Shown here piece by piece: positions 1-11,386 of a DNA stretch of 64,000 nucleotides. Position 1 is the first letter of the stretch; every line of letters begins with the position of its first letter. The position numbers and the translations under genes were made by a program. The notes beneath the pieces are model-generated. The model saw only the letters and a list, made by a program, of their open reading frames with translations. It was not told where the DNA came from and did no database searches. Source of the stretch: Ascoidea asiatica JCM 7603 (Eukaryota > Fungi > Ascomycota); contig BCKQ01000005.1 in the NCBI GenBank assembly GCA_001600695.1, positions 1,119,939 through 1,183,938 on the forward strand, in the 5' to 3' direction.

Positions 1-1
1 T

Positions 2-66
2 GATAAATTAAAAGTTACATTTGGTTTAATTCAAATCTTAGATCATAAAAGTAATAATATTATTAC

Positions 67-97
<31 letters not shown>

Positions 98-808
98 GAT
101 AATATAAATAATAAATTAAATAGTTATAATACTGGTAGAATTGTTAATGGTCATATACTTGGAATTAAAGAATATTTTAAAGAAAAAGGAAATATTAAAG
201 ATCTTGAATATACTCAAGATATTGAAGACAAAGAAGAAGTAGAAGAAGTAGAGGAAGAAAACATAGAAAAAGAAGAAAATATGAGTGAAATAAGTAATGA
301 AAGTACTTCAAGTTATAAAACTAATAAAACTACAGAATATTTTGATGATGATTATTTAAATGATATGACAAGTAAATTATTTAAATTAAATGATAAATCT
401 ATAACTTTAGTTGGTAATGTAACAAATAAAATTTCAATAATTTTAGATGATATGATTAAAAAACCAGAAATTTATATTGCAATTAGTGAACATTTAAAAA
501 TTAATTGTAAAAGTTCAAAAATTTATTTAATTGCAACTCATGGAATTTTTTTAAATAATAGTTTTGAAATTTTAATAAATTGTAAATTTATTGATAAAAT
601 TATTATTACAAATACTTGTCCAATTTATATTAATGAAATTTTAATTAAAATTAAAGATTCTAAATTTAATTATAAAAAAAATTTTATTAATTTAATTAAT
701 AAAAAATTAGAAATTATTGATGTTTCTGGAGTTTTTGCAGAATGTATTAGAAGAACTCATTTTGGTGAAAGTATTTCTGCTTTATTTGATAATATGATTC
801 ATTTATAA
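2..808 (+). CDS. PRS1: Ribose-phosphate pyrophosphokinase Prs1-type subunit, 5'-partial (the ATG at 281 is internal)
   Basis: The frame is open from base 2. ITLVGNV..IILDDMI, ATHGIF, IITNTCP and IDVSGVFAECIRRTHFGESISALFD match the Prs1 C-terminus, and a long low-complexity non-homologous insert is present as in Prs1. Confidence 0.88.
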
Positions 809-1257
809 TAATAATAATATTTATTTAATTTTTATATAAAGGTATACATACAGGTATATAGTTTTTTTAGACGACACCCAGTAATCTGGTTTCAATTTTA
901 TTTGTACACTCGTATCTTCGTAAACTACAGTAAAGTACAAATTTCAAAACCTTTGACATCCCTGCACCATTGCCCATTTGCACTTGTAGCAGTTTTAATT
1001 AATTTAATTAATTTAATTAATTTAATTAATTAATTTAATTTTAAAGCTTATTTTGGTAATTATTATAATAGTCCGTCTAGTCACATGTCCTATTTATCCC
1101 ACAAGAAATGGCCAATTAAAGATATTTCAATATCAAGCGGATCTTTCCGTGATCAATAAAATATTGGTCATCGCTTACCGTTAACCGTTGTGGTAGAACA
1201 TTTGCCATTGTCTGGAAGCTAGCAAAATTTAGCCTGGAACTGCCCTTCGGAATTCAA

Positions 1258-1307
1258 TGGGGTTTTCACTGGGGGTTTCACTGGGGTTTTCACTGGGGTT
1301 TTTCCCC
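1258..1307 (+). repeat. 12-bp tandem repeat TGGGGTTTTCAC x3.5 with four G4-5 tracts
   Basis: Read directly from the sequence; lies in the GC-rich island upstream of the SREBP gene. Confidence 0.9.
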
Positions 1308-2113
1308 GATGAAGTGAAATGCCGGAATTTGAACCGGAAGAGCTAAAGCCAAACCTGCGGGTCTTCTTCTTCTCGCTGTTTTCGGCGCGGCGCAGGCAGC
1401 AGAGGCAGGTCGCCCCGCGTACCGCCAGCAGAAAAACAGGTGTTAACAATTCTTCACCTTTGGTAAAATCACTCTTTTCTCAGTATTTTTGCGTGTTTTG
1501 CGTGTGTTCCGGTCCCAGGTGTAGAAGCAGTTCAGTTTTTCCCATTTCCTCTGTGTTAAAACCACCTTTAAAATCACACTTTCTTTTAGATCCTTCTGAA
1601 TCGGTTCTTCCGCCGACAATTTTCAAATTACTTTCAATTTCTTTCACTTTTCGTAAATTTACATCCGTTTTTGTCTTTTTTGTCTTTTTTGTCCTTTTTC
1701 TCGAGAAATCAATAAGTAACTAAGTAACTAAGTAACTAAGTTAAAAATATAAAAATACTTTACTGAGTGTAGTTCGTATTTAATATACTCTTTACACTAA
1801 TTTATCATCAAATTATCAATAATTTATCGCTTTTTTTTCTTCTCTTTAAGTTACCACTTTTTTTTATTTATAATTAACTATATTCTCATTGTTTAAAGAC
1901 TCTTTATTCTCTTAATACAGCAAATATATTCTTATTATATCTTTTAATTTTGATACCTATATTCCTATTAATTATCCAAATCATATATTATATTATATTA
2001 TATTATATTAACTAATTTCTTTTCTTCTTTAAAAATTATTTAAAAATATTTTAAAAATTTTATTCTTTTCAAATAATCCACCATTTATTTCTTCTAACTA
2101 ACTATTTATTCAA

Positions 2114-5100
2114 ATGAATCAGACTGATGAAGTTTCTTATTCTTTCGATGATGCTGATAAATTATTAGAATGTTTAACAACTGGTCAAGTAAATAATATT
2201 AATAACAATAATAATAATATCGATAATATCGATAATATCGATAATAATAATATAAATAACAATATAAATAACAATAAAATGAGTCTGATATCAACATCTT
2301 CAACAACATCTTCTTCATTAACTCCCCCCTCTGAATTTGATGATTATCCAAATTCCTTTAAATCTTCTCAATCTTCAAATGATCCAAATTCTACATGGTC
2401 AAGTCCAAATATGATAAATAAAAATATTAATATAAATGATATAAATAATTTAAGTAATTTAAACAACTTAAATAACTTAAATAACTTAAACAATATAAAT
2501 AATATAAATAACTTAAGTGATATAAATAATTTAAATCTAGCAAATTTTTCTAATTTTACAAATTTAAATACTTTACAAAATGATTCTATATTCAATCATC
2601 AAAATTCTATCAATAACAATAATAATAATAATAATAATAACAATAACAATAATGTTAGCGCTAACGCCAATAATAACAATAACCTTGGCGTTAATAATAA
2701 TAACCAAATTATATCTGATAATCAACAATATAATGAATTTTTAAATCTTGATTATGATATTAATTTAAACGCTTTATCAAATGATTTCGATTTAAATACT
2801 GCAACTCCACCCCCAAAACAATCTATTCAACCTATTCAACCTATTCAATCTATTCCACCAATTCAAACTAATTTATCAAATACATCCAATAATCAACTTA
2901 ATCAACTTAATCAACTTAATCAATCTATTCAATCTAATCAATCTAATCAACAACTTAATAATAACAATAATAACAATAATATTCAAAATCATAATTTCTT
3001 TTTAACTTCTCCTGTTTCTATCGATACAAATAATTCCCCAATTAATACCAATTACATCACTTCAAATAATGATTTTAATATTCCATTTAATGAAGATTTT
3101 CAAGATTTTAATAATAACATTAATAATAACATTAATAATAACATTAATAATAATAATAATAATACAATAAATAATGAAAAAGATGAATCTCAATCTCCTT
3201 TAACATTAAATGATTCTTCTTTACAAAAAGAAATTTCTTCAACTTCAGATTTAAATTTAAATTTAAAATTAAATTCAAATTCAAATTCAAATTCAAATTC
3301 AAATTCAGTTAATTTATCAAAATCTGGTAAAATTTCAAAACCAAAAAAAGATAGATCTTCTCATAATATGATTGAAAAAAAATATAGAACTAATATTAAT
3401 GCTAAAATTATTGCTTTAAGAGATGCTGTACCTTCTCTTAGAGTTACAGCTCATGGTGCTGATGAAGTAACTTTAGCTGAATTAGATGGTTTAACTCCTG
3501 CAAATAAATTAAATAAAGCTTCTGTTTTAACTAAAGCAACTGAATATATAAAACATTTAGAAAGAAAAAATAAAATTTTATTTAATGAAAATTTAGGTTT
3601 AAAAAATATTATTAATCAATTAAATACTGGTGGTGCTGCAATTATTCAAACTTTACCTTCAAATCATCAAAATAATAACCATAATAATCAAGGTCATCAA
3701 AATCAACAATCACTGCACCATTCTGTTCAAAATCAAAATCAAAATCAAAATCAAAACCAGAACCAAAATAATAATCAAATCCAACAACAACAGCAACCTA
3801 TGTTCTTTCAACATAATGTTAATTCAAATCAAATTCCTCTACAACAAATGAATAATTCTCCATCAATAATTATTGCTCCAAATGTAAATTCAAATAATAA
3901 TCAACAAAATAATCAATCTCCTTTAAATATGAATAATACTCCAAATAATAATAATAATAATAATATTAATAATAACAATAATAACAATCAAGTAAATAGT
4001 TATATGATTCCAAATAATTTAAATATGAATATGAATATGAATAATGTTCATAATAAATTATTAATGGGTGGTTTAGCAACTGTTATTGGTGGAGGTTTAT
4101 TTGAAAATAATTCAAATGATTTCCATGGTTTAAATGCATTACCAATTTTAAATAATCCTTTATTTTCAAAATTCTTCAATTTTTTTAAAATTTTAATGAT
4201 TTCTTATACTTTAATAATTATTGGTTTACCTTATTTAAATGATTTTTTTACTCAAAATGAAAAAAAAAATAAAAAAATTTTAAATTCAAAAATTAATAAT
4301 GATAATGATTCTTCAAAATTAAAATTAAAATCTTTTAAAATTTGGATTGAAACTTTAAAAGATTTAATAACTTGCAGAATTTTAAAAATTGAACCTTTAA
4401 TTGATTCTGATAATGAAATTAATAAATTAATTTCAAATACTGATAAATTATTTTTATCTCAATCAATTTCAAATTCTTCTTCATCTTCAATAATATCAAC
4501 ATCAATAATTCCTTCAAATTATAATTTAATTTTATTTTATTTTAAACTTTTAAATTGTAATAAAAAATCTAATCTTAAAGTTTGTATTTATCAAATTATA
4601 GTTGGTAAAGTACTTACAATTAAATATCCAATTTTTTCTTTAATTTTAGGTGTTAATTTTACTATTCAAGATTCTTTAAAAATTATAGAAAATAATTTTT
4701 ATAATAAAAAATCTATTGATAATAAAAGTAAACCATTTTTACAAGATTTAAAATTTTTAACAAATTCAGAAACTATTCAAAGATTATGTAATATTTATTC
4801 TAAAAATGATATAAATAAAAATTGTGTAATTGGTTTTAATGATCAAAGTTTTGAAATGATTTCTACAGATTCAGTTTTAAAAACAGATTTAATTACTTTT
4901 ACTAGAGGTTTAAGAGCTAATGAAATGTTAAGAAATGTATTAATTGAATATTTAGATTCTAAATTTGGATGTTATGATGATGAAAATGATTCTGATATAG
5001 AAGATGATGAAAATGAAAATAATTTTAAAAAATTAGATATTTCTAAAACTGTTGATTTAATTGATAAAATTGCACCTGAAAGAAAAAATAGTATTGTTGG

Positions 5101-5752
5101 ATTAAGAATTAAATTATTTCAATCAGTTTTAAATGGTGGTTGTACTCCAGAAATTTTAGGAATGGTTAAAAATGAACTTAAAGATATAAGTAATACTGAT
5201 GCAGTAAATGGTAAAAAAAAGCAATCATATGAAACTGTACAGGAAATATCTAATATTACTAATAATATTAGATCACTTGAGATAAATAAAAGTGAAAAAA
5301 TCATAACTCCAGATGTTATAGTTCCTTTAACATGTTCTTTGATTGTTAAATATGCAAGTGAAAAAGAAGTTAATTCTTCAATTGGATTAGTTAAATATTT
5401 ACTTCATCATATTTATTATAAAAGAGCAGGTGGTTCAGTATTAAATTTATCTTTATTATTATTTGTATCAATTATTATTGCATTAGAAGAAATTTCTAAT
5501 GCATGTTCAAATAAATCATTTTCAATTAGTTCTGAAATTACCGATGAAAAAAGTGAACTTGATGTTGAGATATTTGAAAAAAATAGATTTTTCTTGGAAG
5601 ATTTAGTTGGAGGAATTAGATTATTTATTGGTAATGAAACTAATCAACCTTCAGATGTGAGCGAATTAGATCTATCATTAAAAACAGAAATTAGTCAACA
5701 ATTAATTGAATTAAGTAAAAAATTTAGTGGGATTGATTTAGATGTTTATTAG
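2114..5752 (+). CDS. CPH2: SREBP-family bHLH transcription factor (Cph2/Sre1-like) with putative transmembrane segments
   Basis: bHLH RSSHNMIEKKYRTNIN...KLNKASVLTKATEYIKHLE carries the SREBP-diagnostic Tyr. Hydrophobic segments LLMGGLATVIGGGLF and ILMISYTLIIIGLPYL precede a long C-terminal domain; N/Q-rich regions are present. Confidence 0.85.
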   Translation: MNQTDEVSYSFDDADKLLECLTTGQVNNINNNNNNIDNIDNIDNNNINNNINNNKMSLISTSSTTSSSLTPPSEFDDYPNSFKSSQSSNDPNSTWSSPNMINKNININDINNLSNLNNLNNLNNLNNINNINNLSDINNLNLANFSNFTNLNTLQNDSIFNHQNSINNNNNNNNNNNNNNVSANANNNNNLGVNNNNQIISDNQQYNEFLNLDYDINLNALSNDFDLNTATPPPKQSIQPIQPIQSIPPIQTNLSNTSNNQLNQLNQLNQSIQSNQSNQQLNNNNNNNNIQNHNFFLTSPVSIDTNNSPINTNYITSNNDFNIPFNEDFQDFNNNINNNINNNINNNNNNTINNEKDESQSPLTLNDSSLQKEISSTSDLNLNLKLNSNSNSNSNSNSVNLSKSGKISKPKKDRSSHNMIEKKYRTNINAKIIALRDAVPSLRVTAHGADEVTLAELDGLTPANKLNKASVLTKATEYIKHLERKNKILFNENLGLKNIINQLNTGGAAIIQTLPSNHQNNNHNNQGHQNQQSLHHSVQNQNQNQNQNQNQNNNQIQQQQQPMFFQHNVNSNQIPLQQMNNSPSIIIAPNVNSNNNQQNNQSPLNMNNTPNNNNNNNINNNNNNNQVNSYMIPNNLNMNMNMNNVHNKLLMGGLATVIGGGLFENNSNDFHGLNALPILNNPLFSKFFNFFKILMISYTLIIIGLPYLNDFFTQNEKKNKKILNSKINNDNDSSKLKLKSFKIWIETLKDLITCRILKIEPLIDSDNEINKLISNTDKLFLSQSISNSSSSSIISTSIIPSNYNLILFYFKLLNCNKKSNLKVCIYQIIVGKVLTIKYPIFSLILGVNFTIQDSLKIIENNFYNKKSIDNKSKPFLQDLKFLTNSETIQRLCNIYSKNDINKNCVIGFNDQSFEMISTDSVLKTDLITFTRGLRANEMLRNVLIEYLDSKFGCYDDENDSDIEDDENENNFKKLDISKTVDLIDKIAPERKNSIVGLRIKLFQSVLNGGCTPEILGMVKNELKDISNTDAVNGKKKQSYETVQEISNITNNIRSLEINKSEKIITPDVIVPLTCSLIVKYASEKEVNSSIGLVKYLLHHIYYKRAGGSVLNLSLLLFVSIIIALEEISNACSNKSFSISSEITDEKSELDVEIFEKNRFFLEDLVGGIRLFIGNETNQPSDVSELDLSLKTEISQQLIELSKKFSGIDLDVY

Positions 5753-6616
5753 ATTTCTTTTTCTCAAAAATGGTTCAACTTAATCAACCTACTAGATTTT
5801 TTTTCTGTTTTCTTAAATGCTCAATATTTTCTCATTCTATTTATTTTACCAATTATATATATATATTTATATTCAACTTTTTGAATTAATCAAGTAATGT
5901 TTTTTTCATAAGTGTTTATTGGTAAGGTAATACTCTTTTTTTTTTATTATTATTATTGTTAAGAATTCTGTCTTTTGAGTTTTTATTTATTCGTATTAAT
6001 AACTTTTTTTGTTGCATTTTTTTTTTTTATACTTGGGTTTTTGTTAAAATTAAATTCAGTGTAATTAATTATTTTTTCATGTTCAAACATTTGTTTTTGT
6101 TTTATTAATCTTTTTGATATTTAGTGAATATTCCCAATTTTTCTTTTAATGTTCTTTAAGATAACTTTTTTTTTAATTATTTACTTACTTATTATTATTA
6201 TTATTATTACTATTATTTTATTCTCTATAATCTATATTATTATCTTTTAAATCCATTCGAATAAATTCATATGCTTATTAGTGATATTCCGATTTCGTTA
6301 TAAAATACCTATTTATTGTACTTCGAGTATTAAATTCACCAAATACTCCATTGTTATTAAGTTAAGTAATATGAAATCACAAACTCATTCAATCACGACC
6401 CACCAGAGTGGTAACAACCTTACTCAAAACCACTAATATGGATCTAGTAAATAAATACATCAACATACATAGACCAGAGATGTGGATGCAATGTGAAACA
6501 ATGTGTTTTGACGTAGTCAAACCTCATCTTACAGACTAATACTTTTGACAACATTGAAGTACAGTCTTTCAAAATCTAGTGGCGAGTGTGATGGTGGGTG
6601 GCGTGTGCAGAGGAGC

Positions 6617-6669
6617 CTGATCTCTCTGTGGCTGATCTCTCCGTGGCTGATCTCTCCGTGGCTGATCTC
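6617..6669 (+). repeat. 15-bp tandem repeat CTGATCTCTCYGTGG x3.5 in the GAPDH promoter
   Basis: Read directly; units start at 6617, 6632, 6647 and 6662. Confidence 0.9.
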
Positions 6670-7064
6670 GGCAGTGGCACCAGGTGACTGTATCTGAACT
6701 TGTCGCGTGGAGTGGTGCTGCCAGTTCCACCGGCCATATGGCTGGTCTGTTGCTCTTATCCATTTGGCACTGGCAGTAATGGCATTTTGCATTTGTTCCT
6801 TGGGCTTCTGTTTCCCACCAATCGAGATCTTTCTCCATCTCTGATTCTAATTCCAGTTCTAGTTCAACTCAATTCAATAAATATAAATTAAGCAGCGAAT
6901 CTCCATATAATTTCAGTTTCATCTACCTTCATATCCACACTATTATTTATTATTTTATTATATCTATTACATATTATATATTCAATTGATTTAATCTTTC
7001 AATTATCTTTATAATATTATTATTTATTCAAATCTCAATTATCTTTATAACTCAATTAATCTAA

Positions 7065-8102
<1,038 letters not shown>

Positions 8103-8367
8103 GTTCTTTAATAACTTATTATAATTTATATACTTTATACACATTTATATATATATATATATATATATTCCCTTATAATTAATGTTTTTTATTAATGTCT
8201 TAAAATTATATCGTAAATCTATTAATTATTGATTCTCTTCAATTGAATTGAAAATTAATTCCATATAATGTATATCTTCTATAATTTTATTATAAATAAT
8301 GTAGAAATATAAATTATACAATTAAATAACATTAACTAACTATATAAATAACAATAACTAAATACAT

Positions 8368-10908
8368 TTAAATAACTAGCTTTTCAATTGAATATTTTCC
8401 AATAGTTCTTTCATCATTATTATTATCATTCTCTTTTTTCTTAAGATTTCTTAAATTAAATATATCAAGCATATAACTTAATTCATCTTCTTCTTTATTT
8501 TCTTCTTTTTTAATGCTAATACCATTCTCGTTTTTACTTTTATTTTTATTCTTTTTCTCTTTCTTCTTATTTTTTTTCTTTTCCTTTTTACCATAAACTT
8601 CTAAAATATCTTCACTGATTCCAATTAAAATTTCACTTGATATTAAACTTTCAATTCTTAATTCACAATATAATATCATCATTTCAATAAAATAATTATC
8701 ATTATTAAATTCAATCTCTTTTAAATTATATTTATTCTTAAATTTAATTTCATTATTTTTAAATTCTTTATCAAAAAATTCTCTTAAAAATTTTTTTTCA
8801 TCTAATTTAAAATTTAATTTAAATAATAATCCTTCACTATCAATTAAATTATTTAAAATTTCATTACCTTCATTTAATTTTAAAATTAATATTAAAATTT
8901 CTTCAATTCTAAATTCATCATTTTTCTTATTATCTTTAATTAATTCATTTAATTTATTTGTAATTGAATTATTTGAAAAATCTTCAATAATTCTATTAAT
9001 ACAATAAATAAATAATTCATTTTTCCAATTTTCACTTTTATTATTAATTTCTGAATTTTTACTTAAATAACTTAATAATTCTAATAAATCTTCACATTTT
9101 AAAAATGGACAAGTTAAAACTGCTTGACTTAATAATCTTGGAAATTCAATTAATTTATTTAATAATTTATCTGTTGAATATTTCTTAGGAAATAATGGAT
9201 GATTTAATAAATATAACATTGAATTTTCTGGTAAAAAACTTTCATTAATTGGAAATATTATACTTAAAATCTCTTCAATTAAATCACTGGTTAATTCTTT
9301 ATCTTTTTCTTCTTCATAAATTAATTCTTTATCCTCAATTTTTATTAGATTTTCATTTTTTTTAACAAACTTTAGAAATCTCAAATCAAATTTTTCTTCT
9401 TCTTTTGAATTTCTTATTTCTTTTAATTCCTTTAAAAACGTTTTAACTTCAGTTTTCAATTTTTTATTTTGATGATTAATTGATTTAATTAATTTTTTAT
9501 CTTCCATTACTGATAAGTTTTTTGTATTTATTAATTGTGGTGAATACATTAATTCCAAATTCTGGATTTTAACTTTAGTTTTCTTTTCTTTTTCGTTTCC
9601 TTTTTCATTGACTTTTTCTTCTGTTTCCATATCAATATCTTTATTCTCTTTAATATTATCTGATAAAGCATTACTTTTATTATTATTCTTTAACTCTCTT
9701 TCATAAACATTGAAAATACTTTTATTCAAAGATTCAATCAATTTCCCAGTACCTGTATTAATTCCCATGTAATCTAATGAAAATGTATTATCATTATTAT
9801 TGAATGACATTAGGATTGAAAATGTATTAGAATTATACCTTGAGCTACCTAAAACTGGAACTGTACTTAATCCATAATATCCAGATATTTTAGAATCCTT
9901 TGATTTATAATAACTTAAAAGTGAATTAAATTTAACATCAATTAAATAAAAAATATCCATTATAGTTATTAATATTCTTGAAGGAGCAGGTGATAATATA
10001 GAATTTGATAGTTTTATATTATTATCCTCAATATATTCTTTATTAAGTTCAAATAAAAATGATAAATCAATTTCTTTTTCTAAAGTATTTTTAGTTAATG
10101 AATATACTAAAATTTTCTTAAGTATTGGTGATAATTGATATAAAATTCCAGAATTAAAATCAAATGAACAATTTTGAATTATTTTTTTTGTAAATTGATT
10201 ATCATTTTTATTGATAATTTTATTCGAAATTTCTATACCATTTTCATTATTTAATGAAATAATCCTACTAGATAAAATTTTCGTATCAATATTATAAACG
10301 ACTACTAATAAAAACCCATCTCTTGTTTTGAAGTTTTCACTAGAACCTCCAATAAAAGAATTTTGAAAAAATTTATGAAATACAATAATTGAAGACGAAT
10401 CTAATAATGATGTTGCTAATTCCCATACTTTTGTCTTTGACTCAAAATTATAACACGAAATAATATTATTTAGTGATAAAGCATATACAAATTTACCACT
10501 TTTTGAAAAACTAACACCTTCAACTTGATGTTTTAATTCTATCTCAGTTTGTTTCAAATCATTATCTTTTGGATCTTTAATATTTGAGATTGATTTAGAT
10601 TTTGAGAAAAGCATTAGATAATTTTTGCTTTCACGATTCGTCAAGGAACAAACGAGATTATTGTTATTTTCATCTTCATTGGAAGAAGATATACAATTCA
10701 CAGTAACTCCTAAAGGTAAACCATAAGACCAAAGTAATTTAGGAGTTGGTTTTAAAATATATGTTGATATTGAAGATGAAGAAATTCCAACAGTAATTGA
10801 ACTGCTATTTGAGTCTTTTACGCTAGAGACTATAACCCTTTTATTCAAAGGCACTGTTGATATTCTTGGTAAAGGTGCTATCTGGTATGGATCAACAAAA
10901 TAAGACAT
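8368..10908 (-). CDS. UTP8: U3 snoRNP / t-UTP subunit Utp8
   Basis: N-terminal PYQIAPLPRI and STYILKPTPKLLWSY; C-terminal YSIEKL; YLLNHPLFP. Start moved from the track's TTG (10950) to the first ATG at 10908. Confidence 0.85.
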   Translation of the reverse strand: MSYFVDPYQIAPLPRISTVPLNKRVIVSSVKDSNSSSITVGISSSSISTYILKPTPKLLWSYGLPLGVTVNCISSSNEDENNNNLVCSLTNRESKNYLMLFSKSKSISNIKDPKDNDLKQTEIELKHQVEGVSFSKSGKFVYALSLNNIISCYNFESKTKVWELATSLLDSSSIIVFHKFFQNSFIGGSSENFKTRDGFLLVVVYNIDTKILSSRIISLNNENGIEISNKIINKNDNQFTKKIIQNCSFDFNSGILYQLSPILKKILVYSLTKNTLEKEIDLSFLFELNKEYIEDNNIKLSNSILSPAPSRILITIMDIFYLIDVKFNSLLSYYKSKDSKISGYYGLSTVPVLGSSRYNSNTFSILMSFNNNDNTFSLDYMGINTGTGKLIESLNKSIFNVYERELKNNNKSNALSDNIKENKDIDMETEEKVNEKGNEKEKKTKVKIQNLELMYSPQLINTKNLSVMEDKKLIKSINHQNKKLKTEVKTFLKELKEIRNSKEEEKFDLRFLKFVKKNENLIKIEDKELIYEEEKDKELTSDLIEEILSIIFPINESFLPENSMLYLLNHPLFPKKYSTDKLLNKLIEFPRLLSQAVLTCPFLKCEDLLELLSYLSKNSEINNKSENWKNELFIYCINRIIEDFSNNSITNKLNELIKDNKKNDEFRIEEILILILKLNEGNEILNNLIDSEGLLFKLNFKLDEKKFLREFFDKEFKNNEIKFKNKYNLKEIEFNNDNYFIEMMILYCELRIESLISSEILIGISEDILEVYGKKEKKKNKKKEKKNKNKSKNENGISIKKEENKEEDELSYMLDIFNLRNLKKKENDNNNDERTIGKYSIEKLVI

Positions 10909-11386
10909 CTTTGGTATTCTTGCTGAATTAGACGAAACTAATGTTATCAATTTATTGCTATTATCACTAAAATTTCTTGGAAATCTTTTTTTTGAATCTT
11001 TTTCAAAATAATTTTTTTTTACTTTTCAAAAAAAAAAAAGTATAAATTTAAAAGTGGCGGTGAACCCAAATCAGGAAATCGAAGTTGTGGCTGACCGTAG
11101 ATGTTTTTCATTTTATTTAAAAAAGTTTTTTTTGGGAAGCGATGATTAAGAATATTTTGAAATATTGTTGAAAAATGTCTCTGTGATAACGTCATTTATT
11201 TAATTGTGATTTAGAATTGTAATCTAAAGAATGGTAATAAAAAGGAATCTATAAAAAAAAAAAATTTTAGGCAATTTTGAAATATACTACTAAAAAATAA
11301 ATGCAATGAGTGAATAGATATAAAACTACAAAGTATGCTAAAACACGGGTAAATATACAGGAAAATATTGAAATTATGAATCAACC

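Noticed and set aside
1219-1723. Short ORFs in GC islands (also 6529-6891, 30608-31055, 44230-44586, 55255-56524)
   Set aside because: They arise from low stop-codon density and tandem repeats, overlap in several frames, often start at non-ATG codons and do not match host codon usage.
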